Assembly: GCF_028641065.1 (NCBI RefSeq)
Contig: NC_073406.1
Location: forward strand, 8,246,001-8,310,000
Direction: 5' to 3'
DNA from: Leucoraja erinacea
Lineage: Eukaryota
DNA length: 64,000 nucleotides
Shown one piece after another: positions 38,991 through 51,544 of this stretch. The stretch's first letter is position 1, and every line of letters begins with the position of its first letter. The notes under the pieces are model-generated. The model ran no database searches. It was not told the DNA's origin and was given only the letters and a program-made list of their open reading frames with translations. The position numbers and the translations under genes are program-made.

Positions 38991-39119
38991 CCCTAGACCA
39001 TTTGGTGTTTCGGCTTCTTGATCAAGCTTCGGGTTAGGGGCGGATTGAGTCTGCATGAGTTTGCAACCATAAAGTTAGTTTTCCCGGACACGTAGGAGAT
39101 TACATTGTTGACTCGGCTG

Positions 39120-39590
39120 GATAGACTCGGCTTGTACTCGCTAGACAGGATAGACTCGGCTTGTACTCGCTAGAATTTAGAGGATTGAGGGGGGATCTTA
39201 TCGAAACTTGCAAAATTCTTAAGGGGTTGGAAAGGCTAGATGCAGGAAGATTGTTCCCGATGTTGGGGAAGTCCAGAATAAGGGGTCACAGTTTAAGGAT
39301 AAGGGGGAAATCTTTTAGGACTGAGAGGAGAAAAACATTTTTCACACAGAGAGTGGTGAATCTGTGGAATTTTCTGCCACAGAAGGTAGTTGAGGCAAGT
39401 TCATTGGCTATATTTAAGAGGGAGTTAGATGTGGCCCCTGTGACTAAAGGGATCAGGGTGTATGGAGAGAAGGCAGGTACAGGATACTGAGTTGGATGAT
39501 CAGCCATGATCATATTGAATGGCGGTGCAGGCTCGAAGGGCCGAATGGCCTACTACTGCACCAATTTTCTATGTTTCTATGTTTCTATGA
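39120..39590 (+). mobile_element. CR1 LINE 3' fragment
   Basis: LYSLEFRGLRGDLIETCKILKGLERLDAGRLFP...FFTQRVVNLWN; (ttctatgt)n tail. Confidence 0.88.
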
Positions 39591-39607
39591 CTCCACCCTG
39601 GATGTGG

Positions 39608-40120
39608 AAAGATTCCATGAAACAATATCGGAATGTTGCTTTCTCCAAAGCGCCGCCCGTCTCCAGTTAGATACTTGTGTGTAACTTTGATCAGTTTCGC
39701 TTCTGCGCCGACAAATGAAACGCATCGTCAAGATCCGCATCTTGGGCGGCGGTGACCCTCCCGCAGCGGAAAATGAAGCGATAAATTGGTGGTGCTGAGT
39801 GTGTGCGGGTGTCAGGGCGGTCGGGGCTGGCGGCCAGTGTCATAGTGGGGATGCTATTCAACGCTCATTTCTCGCTCTGTAGTAAATGGCAAATCCGTTT
39901 CACGCTCCGCGCTCAAAGCCAGCGCCGTGCTAATCATCTCCATGTCCTGACACAATCACAATTTTCTGCTCAGGAATCTCACAGCACCTCCCGCCCGGCA
40001 ACAGCCGGCATAAGTTCCCGCACAAGTCTCCGCTCCTCATTGGGAAAGCATTTTGGTGTTGGATTGAGTTAGGTTAGACACGTTTTAATAATTAGGTTGG
40101 CCTAACTTGATTGAATCGCC
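39608..40120 (+). repeat. Module B, copy 3
   Basis: Longest match to copy 1, including more diverged flanks. Confidence 0.95.
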
Positions 40121-42291
40121 TTCGCTTTCTTAGTATTTTAAATCTGTATTCCCTTTTGAAGCTTTCAAAAAGCGAGAATCGCTCAATGAAAGGTCAAAAA
40201 TCTCACTGCACCCGCACTCTCTCTCCCTCCTCCTCGCCACCCTCCAGTTTCCCACCGCGAACTGGTCGCCCGTGTTAGCAGAACAAACGTCCTCCAACAT
40301 TCTCCGCTCCTCATCTGGAAAAGCCTGGGCCGGGGAACGCTTTGAAGTTACTTTCTACATGTTTGTGGTGACTGATGCCTGCAATTGTCATTCGGGTGTG
40401 TGTTATTAACCACGCTTTGCCGTGATTGATGATCCCCCCAGCTCTGTAACATTAGCCCTACAATGGACTGGCTCAGCAACCTTGGTCACGGGGCAACCTC
40501 GCCACAATTCACCTATCCAGAGCGTTGAAGAGAATTGCCTTCGCAGGTAATTCAATCAACAATAATACACGAAGTCAAGCTTGGTATTGTCCAATTCACC
40601 ACTACCCTACTGAGGACAATGGACTTTTGTCTGAGGAATTGATGCAAACCAACATGCTACAATGCTGAGAACCAAATCCTGCACCGTGTATCTTCCCCTC
40701 TGCTCTATTTATGGTATTGGAGTATGAACTGATTGCATTGGTGTATGCTATATATCTGAGCTGTTTTGATAGCTTGCTAAACAAAGCCTTTCATTACCTC
40801 GGCGCACACGACAAAGATAAATGAAAATCTCCTAAACCATAGGGGAAAGAAAGCGATGTTACTAACGTGTGAACTTTCCAATATTCTGTAAAGTTTTCCA
40901 ATGCTAATGTTATGATTATAGAACTAACTTCGAGAAGTAAGTCTGGCGGGTGAGGGGTAGTTTTTCATTCATCGGCCCTCGGTGAGACCGTGGGTAGAGT
41001 TTCAAGCGTAAAGGCCGGTGTTACATCGCTTAGATTGTTCACAGACTCTGAGAGTTTCTTCTGACGGAGAGGGAGGGGTTGGGGGATGGAGGAGGGTGTG
41101 TTGGTCGGGATGCAGTGAATGGAGAGACGCCAGCTGTCTCTGGAAGACGCAACCGTTTAGACACTCCGCGTTACGGTCATTAGCGATTTCTACCTTTCCC
41201 ACACCACTAAATGGCAGCGCTCCCAGCCAGGCCCCGGGTTTGCTGATGAACCAACGTCTCCATTTATCATCACCCCGCACTCAGTACATTGAGCAGCGGA
41301 TGAATAGATGCACTCACTCGCCCCACTGTGAGCTCCATCCAATCGTGCTAATTGTGCACAAGGGAATCCTCTCGGGTTTTCTGTCTAAAGTTCTCTTTGG
41401 TATTTCACACTGAGTCTGATACAACGGAATGTCATGAGATTTACCAGGTGTTTTCAAGATTATATATATATATATATATTTAGATTTGGGGGGGATCATT
41501 TTCCCGATGGAATAACTACTCTCTGGAAGCCTCTCTGTGTTTGGGATGAAACTACGGCAATCTCAGTGAGCGGTGGACTATGTTAAGGAGGCCAATAACT
41601 TTCTGATAACCCCCCCAAAAAAAGACAATGCAACTGCAGCACAGAATAGAAAATAAATATTAGAATATTAGATATTAGAATAGTAGGAATACAACCCAGC
41701 GGTATGAACATTGATTTATGTCAAGTAATCCTTGCATTCCCTCTCTCTCCGTCTCTTCTCCACTCTTGTCGTCCTGCTAGTTGCACTGTTTGCATCCCTT
41801 CGTTATCCCACCTCTTCCACAACCAACAACGGGCCATTGTGGGCTCTACCTTTCCCGGGGCATTGCCGCCGGCTCTGATTTGTTCTGTACCCTTTCACAC
41901 CTCTGTGTTCTCTCTCCCCTGGCTCTCAACCTGAAGAAGGGCGTCAAGCCTAAATATCACCGAATCCTTCCCTCCGTGTCTATCGTCGGTGTAAACCAGC
42001 ATCTGCAGTTCCTTCCGATACAGAACATTCATATTATCTCGTTAGAAGTTACAGTGGAATTGTATTTAGGGGAATATTCTGCACTTTATATTGAATGAAG
42101 TGTACGCCTAAATATCCCGCATTGACTTCTCCCACCTGACCTTGCAGCATCCATCCTACCATTTAATTTCGGTCAGTCAGTGGTGAATGTGTATGCTCAC
42201 TTCACTCAACACTTCTGCCGATCCAGTCTCCTTTGTGGCTTTTCAACACTTTCTCTTACCACGGACTTTTGCTCCTTTTATTGTCATTATC

Positions 42292-42931
42292 AAAAGGAAC
42301 AATTTGCTGATCCGGAGCGAATCGGCGGGGCCCCGTTGCCCATATTAAATGTGACCCAGTTCCCTGACAACAGCCTCCAGCGCGGACGGCGCCTCGCAGC
42401 GAGGAAAATCGCAGCAACGCCTCCGTGCCATTGAGCTCCCACAGCCCCCAACCCCGCGGCCACGGGGAGGGACAAGTCGCCACCCGGGACGCGCAATCAA
42501 CGCGGCTGCATCTCGCCACCGATCCACTGGATACCGCGAGGAAAGTGGCGAGTGGGGAACGGGAGCGTGTTGCCACGCGTCAGGCCTTTGACACAAAGTG
42601 GAGACCAAACACAAGCTCGATGGACTCTCCCGGAGCTTGTTTAAGTCACTCGAGTTTGATAAGAGGCATAAAGGGTGGGTCGGGTTGTGAATGGGCGAGG
42701 AAGCCCCAACGAGCCGCATTAACATCACACTGGGTGCGGGCACAGAGTGAAAGGGGCTGTGAAGAGGCAGCAGCGAGGTTGTAGCCGGCCCGGTACAAAC
42801 ACTTCATTGTCTTTGAGGCGCAGTTAAAATCAAGCGAGCGGCCTTCATTCTTAAACATGAGCTGCCTTCAGTTGTTGTGGGCTGATGTTGCGAACATCTG
42901 GCCCGGGAGATTAAAGATACCGAGCAAAGTT
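42292..42931 (-). repeat. Module A, copy 3
   Basis: Same orientation as copy 2 and near-identical to it. Confidence 0.95.
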
Positions 42932-44701
42932 GGGATCAAACTTTAATAGAAAATAAATCGTTGGAGAATTGAAAATGTGTTAGATTCAAAGATTCACATC
43001 TATGCTGAAACTTGGTGCATTTTGCCAGTTTTTCACACAGGAGTGAGTTGGCGACCGCAGCCCTTGTTCGATGTTTATAGAATGACAGGGTGATAGAGGT
43101 TCCTGCTGAGCAAAGTGGCCATTCGGCTCATAATGTGCCGTCAAAGTCAAGAATGTTTAATTGTCTCATGCACCGACAGCGGAATTATGAAATTGTTCAT
43201 TGCTGCAGAGAGAAAAGACTTTGCCTTCCATCACAGTGAGGAGGAGGTTCACTTTGATGGATGTTTGCGTAAATTGAATTGTTTGTGTGTCTTGTAGGAA
43301 TTGTCTTTATATGGCTGTGGAAACGGAGTTTCGTTTGAGTCTCACTGAGGTTCAAATGACATGTAATAAAATATTGTATATTGTATTGTTAACGGGGCCC
43401 TTAACATAATAACACACATTATAAATACATAATGATCAATAATACAACAAGCGAATAACAGTAATTCTAGACAATCATAATAGCACTACACCGAGGTCCA
43501 TAGTGCAACCAAAGACAGAGTCCGTGGAAGGTCAGAGTTGCTGAGGTTAGTGTTGTGCAGTGTTCTAGAGCTTGTTGTTGGCGAGAAGAAGCTGCTCTGG
43601 AACCTGGAGGTGTTCGTTCTCAGCCAGATCCATCCGCTTCGCATGTCTTGGTCTGTAAGTTAGACGTTGGGACCGTCAAGTGCTGTTCGGGACACTGCGG
43701 CCTTTAACTGTTGCTAGGGACACTGCCTCCCATCCCATGCGCTACAGTGACCGGCCATGTGTTCTCCTTGAGAATCGAAGTGTTGGCTGTGACTCGGTCT
43801 CCAGGTACACTGCACATTGGTATCACTGTTAATTGTTCCCAGTGTTACATCAAAGATATTCGAGTGGTTAAACTGTCTATCAAAACGATGCTTTTGTTTT
43901 TCTCTCTTACCCGTGGTTACGTGGTCTACACTTTTAGTAAATAAAGACCAGGATACCGACTGATGTTTTGTAGTCTTTCTGGATCTGGGGGAGTAGGTGG
44001 AGAAATGCTAATTCTGGTTTGGAGGAAGTCCACAGCAAAGACATAACCTTCACCGTAGAACATGTTTAAGAAGGAACTGCAGATGCTAGGACAATCGAAG
44101 GAAGGCAATAATGCTGGAGAAACTCAGCGGGTGAGGCAGCATCTATGGAGCGAAGGAATGGCACCCATTCCTTCGCTCCATAGTTGCTGCCTCACCCGCA
44201 GAGTCTCTCCACCCCCCCCCCCCCCCCCCCCGAACCTTAGAACCTCATCAGTTAGAGTGCCCTCCTGACCTCATATCAACATGAAGAAGGGTCTCGACCC
44301 GAAACGTCACCCATTCATTCTGTCCAATGATGCTGCCTTTCCCGCTGAGTTAACCCGGCTTTTTGTGCCTATCTCCCATCTACCTCATTGGCGACCTCTA
44401 AACCTTTTTTTGGTCGGATTTTATTGCAATTCAGTGTTTTATTTTTGCGCTATATGTGGTCCCCTTTATCCTTCATTTCCGTCTGTGCGCTGTTGAATGG
44501 CTTATACATTTCATTCATGGACAGTGTTTTCTTTGACAACAGCATGCAAACAACCTTTCACTGTACCTCGATACACGTGACAATAATAAAATAAAATAAA
44601 CTAATCGTGAAACTCGGCCACTCGGGATAAGACATAAACACCACGCACAAAGCGCAGATGAAATTTAGTGATCTCCTCTATGTTGAGTCTATGCTCTACG
44701 C

Positions 44702-45061
44702 CAGTGGTTCCCAACCTGGGGCCCCTTGGGGTCATGGCAAATTTCAGGGAGGCCACAGACACTTTGGGGGATTTAGGGGGGCACAGGTTCAATGAAGGGG
44801 GCCACAGAGCTACCACCCTGTTGCCTCCTAAATTTCAGTTCTAATGAATGTAAATCTATGTAGTTGAAATATTGTTAATGTTTGTGGAATAGAATAAAAG
44901 AGAATATATGTGCAATTAATAGACACTGATATTTTTATAGAAGGTATATATATTGAAGTACCTTTTTTCCGCTAATAATGTCAGCGGGGGGGGGGGGGGG
45001 GGGCACAGAAAAATTAAACGATCCCAAGGGGGCCATGAGCTAAAAAGGTTGGGAACCACTG
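44702..45061. mobile_element. Non-autonomous hAT (Charlie-like) DNA transposon
   Basis: TIR cagtggttcccaacct / aggttgggaaccactg; 8-bp TSD ctctacgc / ctctatgc. Confidence 0.88.
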
Positions 45062-45306
45062 CTCTATGCTATATGGTTGGGATGGGGAGGGGGGAGGGGC
45101 GTCTGGTCAACAGGCGAAAGGAAATGATGAATTTGTAAGGCTTTAAAGAGTATACAACTGGGGGTAGTAAAGGGGGTTTGCTTGAGATCCGCCACGGTCC
45201 GCATGAATAGCCGGGGGAGTGAGATATCCTCTCATTCCATGCGAATGCCAAGTGCGACCACGTCCTACTTGTCGATTCATTCCCATCATAACAAAACAAC
45301 ACAACA

Positions 45307-45521
45307 AAAATGAAGCGAGGAATTGGTGGTGCTGAGTGTGTGCGGGTGTCAGGGCGGTCGGGGCTGGCGGCCAGTGTCATAGTGGGGATGCTATTCAACG
45401 CTTATTTCTCGCTCTGTAGTAAATGGCAAATCCATTTCATGCTCCACCCTCAAAGCCAGCGCCGTGCTAATCATCTCCATGTCCTGACACAATCACAATT
45501 TTCTGCTCGGAAATCTCACAG
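45307..45521 (+). repeat. Module B, copy 4 (core only, more diverged)
   Basis: aaaatgaagcga...aatctcacag core with several substitutions. Confidence 0.92.
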
Positions 45522-46252
45522 CGGTCTCCAGCTCTCTCCGGCCTTCCCACTTTACACCATCAAGCAGCTCCCTCCATTACACCGTGAAAAAGCGATGACT
45601 CTTCTTAGAGGCAATGCAACAGTTTGTCAGACTGCCGCTAACTTTGTCAGCGCCGTAGGTGGCTGCTATTTGTATACATTGTGTATGCAAGCAGAGAATC
45701 TCACTGTGCCTAGTCACACGTGACAATAAAGTATTCCTATCCATATTCTATTCGAACTTCGGTCTCCATAAGCCTCTGTTTTTTGCCAACCTGTCTTGGG
45801 TTCTCTGACCTTGCTAAGTGGGGACTATCTACGTACGAAGAGCGTGCATTGCTCCACAGAGCTACTGAAACTATGCTCGTGTACATTTCCCAATCAGTTA
45901 GCTTGGAGACTTCTCATTCTGAAAAGTGTGTCTTTGTACAAAGAGTCTGAAGAATGATTCGGACCCGAAACACGGCAGCCACCCTTCTTCTCCAGAGATG
46001 CTGCCTGACCCGCTGAGTTACTCCAGCACTTTGTGTCTATTTTTGTACAAATCAGTTGGCCAAGGGGGAAATAATCATCAGTTCAGTGCACTGGTTGATT
46101 GAGATTTTTAGGAAATAATGTGTATATAATATATATATTTTCGTATGTGGGTTTGCATAGGAAAGAACTGCAGATGCTCGTTTAAATTGAAGGTAGGCAC
46201 AAAATGCTGGAGTGACTCAGCGGGCCAGGCAGCATCTATGAAGATTAGGAAT

Positions 46253-46458
46253 NNNNNNNNNNNNNNNNNNNNNNNNNNNNNNNNNNNNNNNNNNNNNNNN
46301 NNNNNNNNNNNNNNNNNNNNNNNNNNNNNNNNNNNNNNNNNNNNNNNNNNNNNNNNNNNNNNNNNNNNNNNNNNNNNNNNNNNNNNNNNNNNNNNNNNNN
46401 NNNNNNNNNNNNNNNNNNNNNNNNNNNNNNNNNNNNNNNNNNNNNNNNNNNNNNNNNN
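46253..46458. other. Assembly gap within a Penelope-derived inverted repeat
   Basis: N run flanked by oppositely oriented ctcagcggg/cccgctgag arms. Confidence 0.95.
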
Positions 46459-46544
46459 CGGCCTGAAATGTTGCCCATTTCCTTCGCTCCATAGATGCTG
46501 CTGCACCCGCTGAGTTTCTCCAGCACTTTTGTCTACCATATACA

Positions 46545-46594
46545 TGTGTATATATATATATAGACGCTATTGAAGATATAATATATATAATTGA

Positions 46595-46651
<57 letters not shown>

Positions 46652-46690
46652 TTGTGTGTATATATATATATAGTATATATATATATATTA
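46545..46690. repeat. (TA)n/(TG)n microsatellite
   Basis: Direct observation. Confidence 0.95.
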
Positions 46691-47407
46691 TTCAATAGCC
46701 TCTTCAATATTTTCAAACTAGGACATGGTTTTATTTGTGAAGATAATGATACACCTTCTTCTTCCCCTGCCACCTTTATATGGCCTTGTTTAAATTAGCA
46801 AGTTTGTTTGTTGACAGACCAGCGGGTATGTGATGGCACGTTTCCTTGTCACTCTTCCCGTCGCTTCACATTGGGAGTTTTTTCATGCCGGTGCATTTAG
46901 AATGTGGAGAGATTACAGATCCATATATCCCGAGGTTGCAGCCAGTGGAAAAACAACGCAACTGTGTCTTTATATGGCGCCTTTAACACAACAGGGGCCC
47001 TCGAGGAAACGTCTAACAAAATGCAATGGACAACGAGTCACATTGGGAGATGGCCCAAAGTTTGGTCAAAGAAAGAGGCTTGAAGATGCGTCTTAAAGAT
47101 GAAAAAAGGAAAGCAGGGAAGACAGTAATGGAAGGACCTCTACAGCTGGGAGCGTTGAGTGCGGAGGCACCGGTCACCAGCCGTGATTGAATAAGGAAAT
47201 AAAAATATATAACAACAGAGGGTCCACCAAACCGGTGTCACACGCCTCCTGCCGAATAATCCGAAAACATCCGATAACTTTTATTTCGGATGAAGTGACA
47301 TTGTTTTATCAGACACACTCACTCACTCAGACACAGACACACACACACCTATAGTATAACCACAGGGAATGTTTTCTACGCCGCGTAAAAATCTTTTTTT
47401 TTTACTG

Positions 47408-47917
47408 AAAGGAGCAATTTGCTGATCCGGAGCGAATCGGCGGGGGCCCCGTTGCCCATATTAAATGTGACCCAGTTCCCTGACAACAGCCTCCAGCGCG
47501 GACGGCGCCTCGCAGCGAGGAAAATCGCAGCAACGCCTCCGTGCCATTGAGCTCCCACAGCCCCCAACCCCGCGGCCACGGGGAGGGACAAGTCGCCACC
47601 CGGGACGCGCAATCAACGCGGCTGCATCGCGCCACCGATCCACTGGATACCGCGAGGAAAGTGGCGAGTGGGGAACGGGAGCGTGTTGCCACGCGTCAGA
47701 CCTTTGGCCCAAAGTGGAGACCAAACACACGCTCGATGGACTCTCTCTGTCGGAGCTTGTTTAAGTCACTCGAGTTTGATTAGAGGCATAAAGGGTGGGT
47801 CGGGGTGTGAATGGGCGAGGAAGCCCCAACGAGCCGCATTAACATCACACTGGATGCGGGCAAAGAGTGAAAGGGGCTGTGAAGAGGCAGCAGCGAGGTT
47901 GTAGCCGGCCCGGTACA
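47408..47917 (-). repeat. Module A, copy 4 (truncated, more diverged)
   Basis: Matches copies 2 and 3 up to gccggcccggtaca; small indels and substitutions. Confidence 0.93.
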
Positions 47918-49530
47918 GTCCACACCGACTGCCGGAGGTGACAAAAGCAGTTACTCGGTCCTCGCCCTAAACTCCGTCATTGGGCCGTGGTTTTAATTTT
48001 CATCAAACAGCTGCTGGAGACAATTAAAAGCAGCTCTTGAAGAATCTTTACAATGTAGCTGAAACGCTCTTCCCCTTCTCCGTTCCAATGATTCACAATT
48101 AAAGGAAGGTTTTAAAAATATAATTAACACAATTTGTGGACAGATGAAGAGGCCGGATTCTAATCTTGTTAATCCCGAATAAATTGCAGTGTTGTTCGGA
48201 GACAGGTCTCGTTCAATGACTGCCCCCTTTTACAATGGATCAGATGCAGCATGGTACTTCGTCAGCCATTAATTCCTATTTAATTACAGGCTGGAAATCG
48301 ACATTATTCCCCCCGAGTTTGTGTGAAGTAATTTCCTGTCTGTATTTGTAATAGCCTCATGAGATTCTCACCTTTATCAAACGGCTTGTCGTTGGATTGG
48401 AGTTCTACCCCATGGGGCATGGATCCCAAATGGAACGTTATCATGCCTTCGCTGCTATTCCCTCACACTCGCATCAGGACCTCAGTAGAGTGAAGGGTCA
48501 TGCCATTCAACCAGCGTTCTAGCACCAACTTCCATCCACCGTCTCCCCCTCACCCCCTCCCCGCCCGCCGCCCCTTCACTATCTCACACCTTCTTGTCGC
48601 AGTGTCTATCTGATTCCATAGCTAGATCTTCCCGGAATTATTTTAAGATCAGTGCAGTGTGACAAAGTATTTCAAAGTACTTCGCAAAACTAATATAACT
48701 TTTGCAAGGGAATAGGTGAGGTTTCGTGTCGAGACCCTTCATCAGTATCGCCTCGAAGAGACTGTCTCGATCCGAAACGTCACCTATTCCCTTTCTCCAG
48801 AGATGTGTCTGACCCGCTGAGTTATTCCAGCTTCTCGTGTCTATCTTCGGTTTAAACCAGCATCTGCAGTTTCTTTCCACACAGAGCTCTTGCAAAGGTT
48901 AGCTTTGTGCAAGAGTAACATTCAAAGGAATCAGATGTGAGACTTACATCAAGAACAATTAACCTACGTTTCTCCCCCCCCCCCACCCCCACATCAGCCA
49001 GAAGAAGGGTCTCGACCCGAAACGCCACCTATTCCTTCGATCCATAGATGCTGCATTACCCGCTGAGTTTCTCCCGCATTTTTGTCTACCTTCGACTTTT
49101 CCAGCATCTGCAGTTCTTTCTTAAACATCTTAGTTCATGCAGCATCTTTCATTTAGGAAAATGCTCCAAATTGCAATCACAAATCACCAATCTGAAGAAG
49201 GGGCTGACCCGAAACGTCACCCATTACTTCTCTCCAGAGATGCTGCCTGTCCCGCTGAGTTACTCCAGCTGTTTGTGTCTATCTTCACAAATCTATAATC
49301 AGACTGACAGAGGGGCTGAACTAAAGTAAGATATTAAGCAGGATATTTAGACAAATTTTACTGCCTTCATTTCATGAAAGCAACTTGTTCCAAAGTGCTT
49401 TGTTAACCATATTGATAGGTAGCCGTCGCAGCAATGTTCCAGGAAATAAACGAGCACAGCATTTGTTGTTGACAATAACTGAGAGTTGGTAGTGGAAGGA
49501 ACTGGTTTACAGCAAAGAACTGAGAGTTAA

Positions 49531-49697
49531 GGGCCTGTCCCACTTGGGCGTCATTTGCGGGTCACACAGGTGGGGCGCCGCGCGCGACCGCGCGTCACTA
49601 CTTATGTCACCACGCACCATGCACGCATCACGACGTGCGCGTCGTGCGTCGTGACGCGTAAATAACGCGCAAATGACGCCCCAGGTGGGACAGGCCC
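49531..49697. mobile_element. CpG-rich MITE
   Basis: TIR gggcctgtcccacttgggcgtcatttgcg / cgcaaatgacgccccaggtgggacaggccc, flanked by TTAA on both sides. Confidence 0.85.
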
Positions 49698-49776
49698 TTA
49701 AGTGTTGGCCAAGGCACTGAGAGAACAGCCATGCAGTTCCTCAGAATGTTTCATGACCTTGTCTGTACACTGGAGG

Positions 49777-50655
49777 CGATGTAGATCAGCTGACATCTAG
49801 AGCAGCGGATACAATAGATGAGGTTGGAGGAGATGCAGGTGAACCTCAGTCGATGTAGCTGATCTACATCGGTGAAACCAAGCGTAGGCTTGGCGATCGT
49901 TTCGCCGAACACCTCAGTTCGGTCCGCATTAACCAACCTGACCTCCCGGTGGCTCAGCACTTCAACTCCCCCTCCCATTCCGTATCTGATCTTTCCATCC
50001 TGGGCCTCCTCTATGGCCAGAGTGAGGACCACCAGAAAACTGGAGGAACAGCACCTCATATTCTGCTTGGGCAGTCTGCACCCTAGTGGTATAGGGTGAT
50101 TTCACGAAAGGTCACTGGATCATAGATCCTCACCCGCGTGACCGCAAAATCCAACTGAGGTACAAACGTCACTTCCAGTACATGTTATTGATGCTAGAAA
50201 CGCGAACTTTCAAACCTGTCTGCGCTGTAAATAACTGTGCCAGTCGGGGTGACCGTGAGACACAGCTATCTTACTTTAGAGTCCAGAAGATAAAGAAAAA
50301 ACGAAGGTAAAGACAAGAGAGCGCTGAAGGGAAAATAACAGCGGAAGTTGTTGGCCGTGCAGATATAAAGATAGAAAATATCGGGATTTTATCGCGTTTG
50401 CTCACTGCATTTCATCAAAACATCAATAATGCCTTAGTTTTGATGAAATGCAGTGAGCAAACGCGATAATTCCCGATATTTTCTATCTTTATATCTGATG
50501 ATCTATGATCTAGTGACCTTACGTGAAATTACCCTATAAACATTGAATTCTCCCAATTCCCTTAGCCCTAGCTGTCTCCTCCCCTTCCTAGCTCTCCCTC
50601 AGCCCTCCTCCTTTTTCCTTTTTTCCCCCCGCCCCCTCCATCAGTCCTAAGAAGG
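49777..50655 (+). mobile_element. Penelope-like GIY-YIG fragment with 5' inversion, interrupted by a MITE
   Basis: Homologous to 13075-13610; RFTCISSNLIYCIRCSRCQLIYI on minus strand, then LIYIGETKRRLGDRFAEH on plus strand. Confidence 0.82.
50094..50534. mobile_element. MITE with internal palindrome
   Basis: TIR gggtgatttcacgaaaggtcact / agtgaccttacgtgaaattaccc flanked by TATA; internal ~55-bp inverted arms at ~50362-50496. Confidence 0.85.
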
Positions 50656-50695
50656 GAAGGTACACAAAAATGCTGGAGAAACTCAGCGGATGTTG

Positions 50696-51543
50696 CTGCA
50701 CCCGCTGAGTTTCTCCAGCATTTTTGTGTACCTTCGATTTTCCAGCATCTGCAGTTCCTTCATGAACAGTCTGAAGAAGGGTTTCGGCCCGAAACGTTGC
50801 CTATTTCCTTCGCTCCATAGATAGATGCTGCTGCACCCGCTGAGTTACTCCAGCACTTTTGATTTTGCAGCATCTGCAGTTCCTTCTTGAACAGTCTGAA
50901 GAAGGGTTTCGGCCCGAGACGTTGCCTATTTCCTTCGCTCCATAGATAGATGCTGCTGCACCCGCTGAGTTTTTTTTATTTATTTCAAAATAGACTTTAT
51001 TCATTGATAAATATATACAATTCCTGAACCATTCAAACAAACAAATTCATCCGACATTTTCGGAGACTATACAAGTTTTTTCAGTACAATTTTTTACATT
51101 TTTCAAATTTCACCAAACAGTCCCCCCACCCGTGCCACTCTGTGGCCCCTGTCCAAGTAATAAATATATACAGTGTTTACAGTGCGAAAATTCCATTTGA
51201 CTTTTTCACTTCCACAAATAATGTCCCCCACCCGTGCCCTGCACCCGCTGAGTTACTCCAGCACTTTTGATTTTGCAGCATCTGCAGTTCCTTCTTGAAC
51301 AGTCTGAAGAAGGGTTTCAGCCCGAAACGTTGCCTATCTCCTTTGCTCCATAGATAGATGCTGCTGCACCCGCTGAGTTACTCCAGCACAATTTTTATTG
51401 TGTATTGTGTGTTCTTTATCATTGTACCGCTGCTGACAAATTCATTTCACTTGCACTTTATGTGCAATGTGACGAATAGAACTGATTGTATTGTATTGTA
51501 CTTTACTTTTGATTTTGCAGCATCTGCAGTTCCTTCTTGAACA
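50696..51543 (+). repeat. Tandem array of ~125-bp Penelope-derived units with hammerhead-like cores
   Basis: ctgaagaagggtttcRgcccgaRacgtt at 50771, 50896 and 51304; two retroposon insertions interrupt the array. Confidence 0.8.
50972..51238 (-). mobile_element. Poly(A)-tailed LINE 3' end (L1/Tx1-like)
   Basis: Poly-T plus tttatt on + strand; ~16-bp TSD ctgcacccgctgagtt. Confidence 0.65.
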
Positions 51544-51544
51544 A

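Noticed and set aside
48001-48045. HES5-like IKQLLE peptide
   Set aside because: Too short, stop codon follows, and no basic region or KLEKADILE exon nearby
50696-51543. CRISPR-like repeat/spacer array
   Set aside because: Eukaryotic context; whole 125-bp units repeat with no unique spacers and no cas genes
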